A stretch of 64,000 nucleotides of DNA, taken from contig CAWJHF010000009.1 in the NCBI GenBank assembly GCA_963842445.1, positions 20,217 through 84,216 of the forward strand. The letters run 5' to 3'. Shown here in pieces: positions 19,078 to 27,433 of this stretch. The notes under the pieces are model-generated. The model saw only the letters and a program-made list of their open reading frames with translations. It was not told the origin of the DNA and made no database searches. Source of the stretch: an uncultured Verrucomicrobiae bacterium (GTDB lineage: Bacteria; Verrucomicrobiota; Verrucomicrobiia; Limisphaerales; UBA11358). Within the stretch, counting starts at the first letter, position 1; every line of letters starts with the position of its first letter. Made by a program: the position numbers and the translations under genes.

Positions 19078-19325
19078 GAACGCAGCGTTTTCCAAATGAA
19101 CCTGATTATAATGTTGTCCAGCACACAAGGGTGTGACCGTTCACGCCCTCGGTATAGCTCGGCACGTCTTTAAAAGCAAATGATACCGGATCACCGCTGA
19201 TTCGACCGCAATTCAGCCAACCTTCAAAGCCTGCCTGTCCCATAACCAGAACGGGCAGCAGGGTATTTTACATCACTTGATAAACCCGTGCGCGCGCAGA
19301 CAGTTGTGAACATCCATGGGGCATT

Positions 19326-20516
19326 TCAATCATTCACGGGCGGCCGGCGCGAGACGGTTTTCAGGCCGAGCACGCTCATGAAGAAACTCGAAAAAACACC
19401 CTGAATGCCAAGGATCATGAGCGTCGCCGCCGGAATCAGCCGGCGCAGGTTTTCCTCCGTTGACGGCAGCAGGCCGAAGTGGGCCTGTTGCCAATGCCAT
19501 AGCGCGCGCAGAAATAAAATCGTTCCCACCAGCAACACGACCAGGCCGGCGGCAATTCCCTTTTCCAGCGTGAAAATTTTGAAGACGCGCGTGAGCTTCG
19601 GGTCCTCCGGCAGCAGGCCTTCGGCGATGGCAAAAACCTTGGTGAAAAACGCGAACGCGACGAGCTGAAAACCCACAATGATCGCCATGCACGCCATGAT
19701 CAGCGTGCCGACGTTCAACTGGACGCCGCTGATTTTGAGGTCATTCACCGACAGTGCGGCGGCAAAAATGATTCCCAGCGCCGAGAGCAAAAGTCCCGGC
19801 ACGAGAAACAGCCAGCGCGGCGAGTAAATGAGCATGAACCGCAAATGCCGCCAGCCGTCGCGCCACGGTTTCAAGTGCGGCGGGCGCGAGCGCCCATCCG
19901 GGTGCAGCGTGATGGGCACTTCGGAAATTTTGAATTTCCGGAACGTGGCCTTGATGACCATTTCGGAGGCGAATTCCATGCCCGTCGTCTGCAATTCCAT
20001 TTTTTCAAACGCCGCCCGCGTGAAACCGCGCATGCCGCAATGAAAATCGTGCGCCGGACACTTGAAGAAAAAGCGGCCGATGAACGACAGCACCGGGTTG
20101 CCGAGCCAGCGGTTTTTCCACGGCATCGCGCCGGGTAAAACAGTCCCTCCACCCATCGGCAGCCGGCAGCCCATGACCAGATCAAATCCTTCCTGAAACT
20201 TTTTTACGAAGCCGGTGAGATCGGAAAAATCGTAGCTGTCGTCCGCATCGCCCATGATGATCCATTTGCCGGACGCGGCCTGAATGCCGCCGCGCAGCGC
20301 GCTGCCGTAACCCTTTTCCTTCACTGGCACGACCCGCACCCCCAGGTTTTGGGCGATGGCCTGCGAGCCGTCGGTGCTGCCGTTGTCGGCAATGACGACT
20401 TCACCGGACACGCCGGCGCGTTGAAGGCCGAGCCGCGCCTTTTCGATGCAACGGGCGATGGTCTCGGCTTCGTTCAGGCACGGCATGACGATGCTCAGCT
20501 CAACGGCTTCGGTCAC
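19326..20516 (-). CDS. GT2 glycosyltransferase with C-terminal TM helices (ArnC/GtrB-like polyprenyl-phosphate glycosyltransferase)
   Basis: LSIVMPCLNEAETI ... VIADNGSTDGS ... IIMGDADDSYDF gives the GT2 DxD region. Hydrophobic C-terminal third. Confidence 0.85.
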   Translation of the reverse strand: MTEAVELSIVMPCLNEAETIARCIEKARLGLQRAGVSGEVVIADNGSTDGSQAIAQNLGVRVVPVKEKGYGSALRGGIQAASGKWIIMGDADDSYDFSDLTGFVKKFQEGFDLVMGCRLPMGGGTVLPGAMPWKNRWLGNPVLSFIGRFFFKCPAHDFHCGMRGFTRAAFEKMELQTTGMEFASEMVIKATFRKFKISEVPITLHPDGRSRPPHLKPWRDGWRHLRFMLIYSPRWLFLVPGLLLSALGIIFAAALSVNDLKISGVQLNVGTLIMACMAIIVGFQLVAFAFFTKVFAIAEGLLPEDPKLTRVFKIFTLEKGIAAGLVVLLVGTILFLRALWHWQQAHFGLLPSTEENLRRLIPAATLMILGIQGVFSSFFMSVLGLKTVSRRPPVND

Positions 20517-20567
20517 GAGGCAAACTTACCCAAACGCCCGGCCCTTTGGCGAGTGCGGGTTTTTGGC

Positions 20568-22442
20568 TCAACGCAATTTGACCAGGTACCAGTCAAGCGC
20601 GCCGCGCGAAGCGCGCAGGTTGAGTGGAATTTTCCAGACGACCTGCGCGTTCATGCGCTTGAGCCAGTCGTCCCGTGAACCGCCAAACGATTCCCCGAAC
20701 ATCCCGCCTCTGGCCAAAACATATTTGATACCCTGTCGCTTTAAATCCGCCGCTGTGTCTTCGGGGCAGACATGTTCGATACGACGCGAACCGAAAGGAT
20801 ACCACAGGGAAGTTTCAGGGTCTTCCGATGTGACCATTCCGAGAATTCCCGCGTCCGGCGGCAAAATGGCGCGCACCGGGGCAAAAGCGTCGGGGCGTTC
20901 GCGATAAACCAAATAGACCTCTTCCACCCGCGACAACAGTTTGGAATCGGGGACGCGCGTTTGAATTTTTCCCAAAATTGTCAGAACCGGAAACAACGGT
21001 CGCGCCGGCGAAACAATCAGCAATCCTGCGGCCATAAAAAGAACCGCGAAGACCGCCGCGCGCCACCAGCCTTTTTTCACCAGCCTTTCGTGCCCGGCAC
21101 AGGCGAGGAACGGCGGCAGCAAGAGGGCGTAATAGGACACCATAAGCCGGCCGATGATGGACCTATGGGATTGTGTCATCAGCGCAACCAGCGAAACGAG
21201 CGGAGCAAGCCGCACGCACGTTTGCCAGGTTGCCCAAGCGGTTGTTGGCCTGCTTCTCCGCTTCACAAACATTGTCGCCGCCACGCTGATCAACAGCAAA
21301 ATCGAAACCCCAAAACCCAGTCCGGCGTTCTCTTCGATTTGCATTTCATCCAACTGCAATTGGCAGTCGGGCCGCATGATGGTTTGTTGCAACCGCGTGC
21401 CCAGTTTCGGCGGAATCACGCGTTCCATGGTTTGGTTCCATTTTTCGGCCAGCGGGAAGACCGGTGGCACGAAATTTTCAATCGTCAGCAGCACGGTGTT
21501 CGCTCCCGCCTGAAACACCGGATCATTTTTTAAACCGACGGTCTCCGGCGCCTCCCCGGACCAATCGCCGCAAAATTTCCCGTTCAAAACCATGGTCGGC
21601 AGCGCCGAGGCGAAAATGGCGAGCGCGCAAACCGCGGAAGTTTTCAGCGGCCAGCGGAAGACCAATTTGATTGAAGGGAAAATCGCCACCGCCCACGGCA
21701 GCAACAGCGGCAGGTTGCCCGTTTTGGCGCTGGTCATCATCGCCGCCGCCAGCACGGACGCAAAAAAATCGTGCGCGGAACGGGAAACTTTTGCGCGCAG
21801 CGCAAAATCCACCGCCGCCAGCGCAAACGTCGCGCCGAACAGATCATTGCCGAGACTCCCGGCCTGCAGCAAAAGGCCGTAACCCGTCGGCACAATCCAC
21901 ATCCAAGGCCACGCCACCTGGCGCCGCACACCCAGACGCGTGAACACGCTGAACACCAGACCGGGCAACAGCAGGAAAGAAATCATATTGATCAGGAACA
22001 GCGGGCGGGCGGTCTTCAGCAGTGCGATAACGGGTGCGGAAACCCATTCGATGCCGCAGGATCGCGTGTTGAGGCACGGGAAAATTGTGTGAATCCAGTG
22101 CCATTGCCCCACAGCGAGCCAGTGCAACACCCGCGGAATGCGATAGGACAGCGCATCGTAATTGCTCGGCGCATACAAAACACCGCCGAGAAAAGCCATC
22201 GCCGCCAGAATCAAAAACGCCAGCGGGAACGGCCGCCGGAAACGGCAACGATACTTCCGCCACCGGACCCTGGGAAAAGCCGCTCCGGACGTTTTGAGTT
22301 TCCAGGCGCACAGAACAGCCATCCCAATCAGCAATGCCACCGCGTAGCCCGCGGCCGTTAATTGATGCACGGCGGAGAGCGCCCAGCCCGCACCATTGAG
22401 ATACGCGCAAATCCAAACCCAAATCCGAACCGCACCCGGCAT
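20568..22442 (-). CDS. large polytopic membrane protein, paralogue 1 (putative glycan polymerase or GT-C-like)
   Basis: ORF 20568..22724. Start placed at MPGAVRIWVWICAYLN (22442) by alignment with the paralogue start MPTIVLLWVWFCAYLN. Shares RRPFPLAFLILAAMAFLGG, IPRVLHWL and C-terminal DDWLKRMNAQVV...DWYLVKLR. Confidence 0.7.
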   Translation of the reverse strand: MPGAVRIWVWICAYLNGAGWALSAVHQLTAAGYAVALLIGMAVLCAWKLKTSGAAFPRVRWRKYRCRFRRPFPLAFLILAAMAFLGGVLYAPSNYDALSYRIPRVLHWLAVGQWHWIHTIFPCLNTRSCGIEWVSAPVIALLKTARPLFLINMISFLLLPGLVFSVFTRLGVRRQVAWPWMWIVPTGYGLLLQAGSLGNDLFGATFALAAVDFALRAKVSRSAHDFFASVLAAAMMTSAKTGNLPLLLPWAVAIFPSIKLVFRWPLKTSAVCALAIFASALPTMVLNGKFCGDWSGEAPETVGLKNDPVFQAGANTVLLTIENFVPPVFPLAEKWNQTMERVIPPKLGTRLQQTIMRPDCQLQLDEMQIEENAGLGFGVSILLLISVAATMFVKRRSRPTTAWATWQTCVRLAPLVSLVALMTQSHRSIIGRLMVSYYALLLPPFLACAGHERLVKKGWWRAAVFAVLFMAAGLLIVSPARPLFPVLTILGKIQTRVPDSKLLSRVEEVYLVYRERPDAFAPVRAILPPDAGILGMVTSEDPETSLWYPFGSRRIEHVCPEDTAADLKRQGIKYVLARGGMFGESFGGSRDDWLKRMNAQVVWKIPLNLRASRGALDWYLVKLR

Positions 22443-22650
22443 GTCTGATCGGCGCGGTTCAATACCGCCGTTGCATTCGATTTCGTTCATTTGAATCCGT
22501 AAAGCTCTCACGGCAAAACGACCACACTTCGGCCGTTGAATATTAAACTCTCCCAAGAAAAACAGGCAGGGTAAATTCAAATGGAACCGACCTGTGTGCA
22601 TGTCGGCACGATGAACCCGGCCTTCGGTTTCCTGGCGCGCAGCGTTCCGG

Positions 22651-22714
22651 CGTGCGCCGGACATTTGAAGAACAAGCGGCCGATGAACGACAGCACCGGG
22701 TTGGCGAGCGGGCG
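22651..22714 (-). pseudogene. 64-nt relic of the GT2 gene (copy of 20048-20112)
   Basis: Reads RPLANPVLSFIGRLFFKCPAH, compared with RWLGNPVLSFIGRFFFKCPAH in the intact GT2. About 5 mismatches over the stretch. No start codon and no flanking homology on the low-coordinate side. Confidence 0.6.
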
Positions 22715-22720
22715 TTTGGT

Positions 22721-24610
22721 TCAACGCAATTTCACCAGATACCAGTCGGTGGCGCCATCGCGCACGCGGAGATACAACGGAATTTTTTGGACGACCTGCG
22801 CGTTCATCCGCTTGAGCCAGTCGTCCGGCGAACCGCCAAACCAGTTTCCCAAAACCTTCGGCTTCACGAGAATGTATTCGATCCCGCGCTGTTTCAAGTC
22901 CGCCGGCGTGTCTGGCGGGCAGACATGCTCAACCCGCAGCGAGCCGAATGGCCGCCACAGGGAGGTTTCCGGGTCATCATAGGTGATCAATCCCAAAACC
23001 TTCACCTCCGGTGGCAATGCGGCGCGCGCAGGCGCAAACGCATCAGACCGGGCGTGATAGACCGAATAGACGGTTTCCACCCGCGCCAGCGCCGGATGCT
23101 GCGCCGCCGCCGCGTGGATTTTGTCCAAAAATATCCTGACCGGAAACAATGGCCGCGCCGGCGAAACAATCAGCAATCCCGACGCGATCAAAAAAACTGC
23201 GAATGCCGATGCCCGCCACCAGCGCCGTGCCACCAAACGCCCGTGGCCGGAGCCTGCGAGCAGCATCGGAACCAACAACGCGTAATAAGGCGCAAGGATG
23301 CGGCTGATAGGATACACCTCGGATTGACTTAACAAGGCGAGCAACGAAATCCATGGCATAAAACGAATGCCGCCTTTCCAGATGGCTTCGGTGGAGTTGA
23401 ACTGCCAAGGCAATAATGAGCGGCTGCGCCGCGTGGCGGCGGCCACCACGCTGACGAGGAAAAGAACCGTGACGCCGAAACCCAAACCAGCGGATTCCTC
23501 GATTTGCATTTCTTCGGCGCGAAATTCGGCGGCCTCCACTTCCACAACCGCCTCATGCAAACGCCGACTCAATCCGGGAGGAACGATTTTTTGGACTCGG
23601 CGATCCCACGCATTGGCCAGAGGAAAAACCGGCGGCGTTAGATTTTGAACCGTGATCAGCACGACATTCGCCGGCATCCGCAAGAAGGGGGCATTTCTTT
23701 GCGGCGTCCCCTCGGCCTTCCAACCCGTCCAGTCGCCGCAGTAATGTGCGTTGAAAACGGCGGTGGGAAGAAACGACGCGAAGATTGCGATGAGGCAAAC
23801 CGTCGCCGCCCGCACCGGCTGGCGCAAAATTAATTTCCCTGACGGCAAAATGGCGATGGCCCACGGCAGCAGCAAAGGCAGGTTGCTTGTCTTGGCACTG
23901 GTCATCAGCGCCGCCGCCAGCACGGACGCAAAAAAGTCGCGGGGCGCTTTGGAAACTTTTGCCCTTAACGCAAAGTCCAGCGCGGCCAGCGCGAAGGGCG
24001 CTCCGAACAAATCGTTGCCGATGCTTCCCGCCTGCAACAAAAAACAATAGCCGGTGGGAACAATCCACATCCAGGGCCACGCCACCCGCCGCCGCACCCC
24101 CAGCCGCGTGAACACGCTGAACACCAGCCCCGGCAACAACAGAAAGGAAACCATATTGATGAGAAACAGCAGCCGGTCGGTCTTCAGCAGCGCGATGAAT
24201 GGCGCGGAAACCCATTCGATGCCGCAAGCGCGCGCGTTCACGCGCGGGAAAATCGTATGAATCCAATGCCAGCGACCGTCCGCCAGCCAGTGCAAAATGC
24301 GGGGGACGCGGTAGGTCAGCCCGTCGTAGTTTGTCGGCGCGTAAAGTGCCCCGCCCAGAAAAGCCATTGCCGCCAGAATTAAAAACGCCAGCGGAAACGG
24401 CCGCCGGAAACGGCGGCGGAATTTTTGCCAGCGCACGTGCGGCAGAATTCGCGCGGACGTTCTTCGCCTCCAGATTCCCAGCGCGGCCGCCCCGGCCAAC
24501 AACGTGACCGCGTATCCCATCGCGCTTAGTTGATGCCCCGCGGACAGCGCCCAGCCAACGCAGTTCAGATACGCGCAGAACCACACCCAGAGAAGGACAA
24601 TCGTTGGCAT
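22721..24610 (-). CDS. large polytopic membrane protein, paralogue 2
   Basis: 629 aa, collinear with 20568..22442 over the full length. Confidence 0.75.
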   Translation of the reverse strand: MPTIVLLWVWFCAYLNCVGWALSAGHQLSAMGYAVTLLAGAAALGIWRRRTSARILPHVRWQKFRRRFRRPFPLAFLILAAMAFLGGALYAPTNYDGLTYRVPRILHWLADGRWHWIHTIFPRVNARACGIEWVSAPFIALLKTDRLLFLINMVSFLLLPGLVFSVFTRLGVRRRVAWPWMWIVPTGYCFLLQAGSIGNDLFGAPFALAALDFALRAKVSKAPRDFFASVLAAALMTSAKTSNLPLLLPWAIAILPSGKLILRQPVRAATVCLIAIFASFLPTAVFNAHYCGDWTGWKAEGTPQRNAPFLRMPANVVLITVQNLTPPVFPLANAWDRRVQKIVPPGLSRRLHEAVVEVEAAEFRAEEMQIEESAGLGFGVTVLFLVSVVAAATRRSRSLLPWQFNSTEAIWKGGIRFMPWISLLALLSQSEVYPISRILAPYYALLVPMLLAGSGHGRLVARRWWRASAFAVFLIASGLLIVSPARPLFPVRIFLDKIHAAAAQHPALARVETVYSVYHARSDAFAPARAALPPEVKVLGLITYDDPETSLWRPFGSLRVEHVCPPDTPADLKQRGIEYILVKPKVLGNWFGGSPDDWLKRMNAQVVQKIPLYLRVRDGATDWYLVKLR

Positions 24611-24619
24611 GGTGGCTCG

Positions 24620-25348
24620 TCAGCCGCGCAGAAAGTTATATTTGAAAATACACCACAAGGCGTGGAAGCCGTCGCGCCAGCCGATTTTTTTACCCTCGGC
24701 ATAAGTGCGCCCGTAATAGGAAATGGCCACTTCATAAACGCGCACGTTCAGCCGCGCCACCTTGGCGGTGATTTCAGGCTCGAAACCGAACCGGTCTTCT
24801 TCAATTTTAATTTTCTGAATGATTTCGCGTCGGAAAGTTTTGTAGCAAACTTCCATGTCGGTCAGATTCAATCCGGTGGCCATGTCGGAAAGTGTTGTGA
24901 GAATCTTGTTTCCGACCGAATGCCAGTAATACAACACGCGATGGCCGCTTGGACTGCCCAAAAAGCGCGAGCCGAACACCACGTCCGCCTTGCCTGCCAG
25001 AATCGGCGTGATGAGCCGGTGGTATTCCCCGGGGTCATACTCCAAATCGGCGTCTTGAATGATGACCACCGGGGCCGTCGCGCGCGCAAAACCCGTGCGC
25101 AACGCCGCGCCTTTGCCCTGGTTTTGCCCGTGCTGCACCAACGTGATCCGCGCATCGCCGTTCGTGGCCGACTTCAATTTTTCCCAGGTGCCGTCCGTGG
25201 AGGCGTCATCCACCACGACCAGTTGCTGGACCGGCCGCTGCGCCAGCACGACCTTGATAACTTCGGCAACCGTCGCCGCTTCGTTGTAAACCGGCATGAC
25301 CACCGTCAGGCAAGGCTCGATGTCTGCATTGGAATTGACTTCGCTCAT
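24620..25348 (-). CDS. GT2 glycosyltransferase (Dpm1/polyprenyl-phosphate hexosyltransferase-like, soluble type)
   Basis: ORF 24620..25402; start MSEVNSNADIEPCLTVVMPVYNE (25348). Motifs VVDDASTDGT and IIQDADLEYDP. Confidence 0.85.
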   Translation of the reverse strand: MSEVNSNADIEPCLTVVMPVYNEAATVAEVIKVVLAQRPVQQLVVVDDASTDGTWEKLKSATNGDARITLVQHGQNQGKGAALRTGFARATAPVVIIQDADLEYDPGEYHRLITPILAGKADVVFGSRFLGSPSGHRVLYYWHSVGNKILTTLSDMATGLNLTDMEVCYKTFRREIIQKIKIEEDRFGFEPEITAKVARLNVRVYEVAISYYGRTYAEGKKIGWRDGFHALWCIFKYNFLRG

Positions 25349-25483
25349 GTGACCATCCGCCCGGGGCGGTTCGGTTTGAATGGAAGCTGGCAAAAACTGC
25401 AAAAAGGTTCAATCTGCAAATTGCACGGCGTGGCAATCGCCAAATTCACTTTTCTTTCCCGGCCGTCCTTTTAGGCTGTGGTC

Positions 25484-25969
25484 ATGCCTTCATTCGACAT
25501 CGTTTCCCAGGTCAACTCGATGGAAATCGAGAACGCCGTCAACCAAGCCAACAAGGAACTGGCCAACCGCTTCGATTTCAAGGGCACCAGGGCGGAAATC
25601 GTTCTCGAAAAAAACGAAATCAAACTCTCCGCCGCGGACCAGTTCAAAATCAACGCGCTCGCGGAAATCGTCATGGGCCGGCTCGCCAAACGCAACATCA
25701 GTTTGAAGAGCGTGGAAAAAGCCGAGCCGGAGGTTTCGCCGTTGGGCCACGCGCGGCAGCTCATCAAAATCAAGCAGGGCATCGAAACGACCGTCGCCAA
25801 GCAAATAACGAGCTTCATCCGCGACGGCAAATTCAAGGTGACGACGCAGATTCAGGGCGACGCCATCCGCGTGACCGGCAAGAGCCGGGACGAACTGCAA
25901 GGAGTCATCGCCGCCGTGCGTGCGAAGGATTTTCCAGTGCCCGTGCAGTTTGTGAATTTCAGGGATTAA
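25484..25969 (+). CDS. yajQ: YajQ family cyclic-di-GMP-binding protein (UPF0234)
   Basis: MPSFDIVSQVNSMEIENAVNQANKELANRFDFKG is the near-canonical YajQ N-terminus. The ATG at 25484 is preferred over the GTG at 25478. Confidence 0.85.
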   Translation: MPSFDIVSQVNSMEIENAVNQANKELANRFDFKGTRAEIVLEKNEIKLSAADQFKINALAEIVMGRLAKRNISLKSVEKAEPEVSPLGHARQLIKIKQGIETTVAKQITSFIRDGKFKVTTQIQGDAIRVTGKSRDELQGVIAAVRAKDFPVPVQFVNFRD

Positions 25970-26045
25970 AGTAACATGAGTTCTGAACCTAAAATCATTA
26001 CTGATTGGAGCAAAAGGTTACAACCGCGCAAAGGAAGGGCTTCGT

Positions 26046-26366
26046 TTAGACTGTGTGCCTTGGGACATCCCGCGCACCGTGAAGGATGCGGATGATGTGC
26101 AGCCGGCGCGGCGCGGCGGTGACGCGGTAGAAAATCAGATAATTCGCGAACCGCCGCACCGGCCAGAAATGCATCCCGGACAATCCGGCGCGGTTGGATT
26201 CGTAGCGCGGACCAACTTCCGGCCATTGCGCCAGCGTGCGAAAGCTCAAACGCAGCGCATCCAGAAACCGGTCGGCGGCGGCGGGATTGTTCGTCGCGAT
26301 GAACAGATGAATGTCCGCCACGTCGTGAATCGCTTCCCCGGCGCGGATGATTTTAAGCGGCTTCAA
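26046..26366 (-). CDS. parE: type II toxin, RelE/ParE family
   Basis: ...NYLIFYRVTAAPRRLHIIRILHGARDV is a ParE-type C-terminus. Probable TTG start at 26366, overlapping the antitoxin stop by 14 nt. Confidence 0.7.
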   Translation of the reverse strand: MKPLKIIRAGEAIHDVADIHLFIATNNPAAADRFLDALRLSFRTLAQWPEVGPRYESNRAGLSGMHFWPVRRFANYLIFYRVTAAPRRLHIIRILHGARDVPRHTV

Positions 26367-26616
26367 GTTGCTTGAGCTTGCGGCGGGTACGGGCGCGTAT
26401 GCGGTCAAAGTCGGCATCGGTAAGCGGCTTGGCTAGGCTGCGCACGCCGGCAAGAAGCTTGTTATCCAGATCGGGAATGTTCAAAGCGGCCTGCTGCTCG
26501 GCTTTTTCCAAAGCGCGCAGGCCGGCGCGCACCACTTCGCTGGAATTGCCGTAGCGCCCGCTTTCAATCAAATCCCCGACCAGGTCCTCGTAGTATTTGC
26601 TCAAGGCGACGTTCAT
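26353..26616 (-). CDS. parD: type II antitoxin, ParD/CopG (RHH) family
   Basis: MNVALSKYYEDLVGDLIESGRYGNSSEVVRAGLRALE is a ParD-like RHH. Located directly upstream of the toxin. Confidence 0.75.
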   Translation of the reverse strand: MNVALSKYYEDLVGDLIESGRYGNSSEVVRAGLRALEKAEQQAALNIPDLDNKLLAGVRSLAKPLTDADFDRIRARTRRKLKQLEAA

Positions 26617-26665
26617 GGAACCAATCTAAGCCGATAACATTAGGTGTCAATAGCCGTTATTCATC

Positions 26666-26758
26666 AAATTTCCACCACCTGCTTGTATTCCGGCACGAGC
26701 ACCTCGGGTTTCGGCTTCATGGCGCGCAACGTTCCGGCACGGCCCAGCACCCGTGATT
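26666..26758 (-). pseudogene. duplicated 3' end (last ~25 codons plus stop) of the beta-CASP MBL gene
   Basis: Reads ...RAGTLRAMKPKPEVLVPEYKQVVEI-stop, compared with AETLHAMKPKAEVLVPEYKQVVEI-stop at 27432-27524. 9 mismatches in the first 73 nt, decaying beyond that. Confidence 0.75.
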
Positions 26759-26802
26759 TCAACTTCCAATCAGTCCCCGGCTTTGCTATCTTGTCCCTCG
26801 TC

Positions 26803-27021
26803 ATGGTATCGCCACTGGCCAAAACCGCGCGGGTTCAGCGGAAGACCCTTTCCGTTGTGGATTTGCGTGATGACACGCGCACCCGGCGCCACTGGTTGCG
26901 CCAGCCGCCGATAAAGAGGCTTGAAGGGCTGGAATTGTTGCGCCAGAGTGCCCACGCTTATGATCCCGTTACCGCGCGACTTCCAAGACTTCTTAAGGTT
27001 GTTAAACGCAAACGCGATTAG
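26803..27021 (+). CDS. small helical protein, partner of the nucleotidyltransferase
   Basis: 72 aa. ...RRHWLRQPPIKRLEGLELLRQSAHAYDPVTARLPRLLKVVKRKRD resembles (from memory) small proteins found upstream of minimal nucleotidyltransferases. Overlaps the next gene by 62 nt in another frame. Confidence 0.5.
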   Translation: MVSPLAKTARVQRKTLSVVDLRDDTRTRRHWLRQPPIKRLEGLELLRQSAHAYDPVTARLPRLLKVVKRKRD

Positions 27022-27433
27022 GTATCTGGTCATCGGCGGTTATGCCGTGGCCTACCACGGCCACGTCCGTTACACCGGCGACCTCGACATCTTTGTGGAG
27101 CTTTCGATTGACAACGCGGAACGGATTGTCCGCGCCCTGCGCGAATTCGGCTTCGATCTGCCAAAACTGAAACCTGAATTGTTCCTGCGAAAAGGGAAAA
27201 TCGTCCGCATGGGACATGAACCGATGCGGCTGGAAATCCTCAATGAGATTGACGGCGTGAGTTTTGGTGAATGTTACCGGCAACGGTGCATGGCCAGGCT
27301 TGGCGATTTGAAAATCAACTTCATTGACCTGCCGCAGTTGTTGAAAAATAAACGCGCCAGCCGCCGCCCTCAAGATTTGGCCGACATTGCCGCACTGACA
27401 CCCAAGCCGCCGCGCAAAAAGGCCAGGCATTAA
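26960..27433 (+). CDS. minimal nucleotidyltransferase-fold protein (pol-beta superfamily)
   Basis: MIPLPRDFQDFLRLLNANAIRYLVIGGYAVAYHGHVRYTGDLDIFV gives a GG-x13-DxD motif. 157 aa. Confidence 0.7.
   Translation: MIPLPRDFQDFLRLLNANAIRYLVIGGYAVAYHGHVRYTGDLDIFVELSIDNAERIVRALREFGFDLPKLKPELFLRKGKIVRMGHEPMRLEILNEIDGVSFGECYRQRCMARLGDLKINFIDLPQLLKNKRASRRPQDLADIAALTPKPPRKKARH

Noticed and set aside
19129-19325. Intrinsic terminator between the GT2 and GT-C genes
   Set aside because: The cctgcctgtccc...gggcagcaggg pairing needs bulges and has no U-tract. It more likely belongs to the gacaggc repeat family, so it is not called.
22443-22724. N-terminal 94-codon extension of ORF 20568..22724
   Set aside because: The extension crosses the GT2 relic and non-homologous sequence. 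The paralogue alignment places the start at MPGAVRIWVW (22442).
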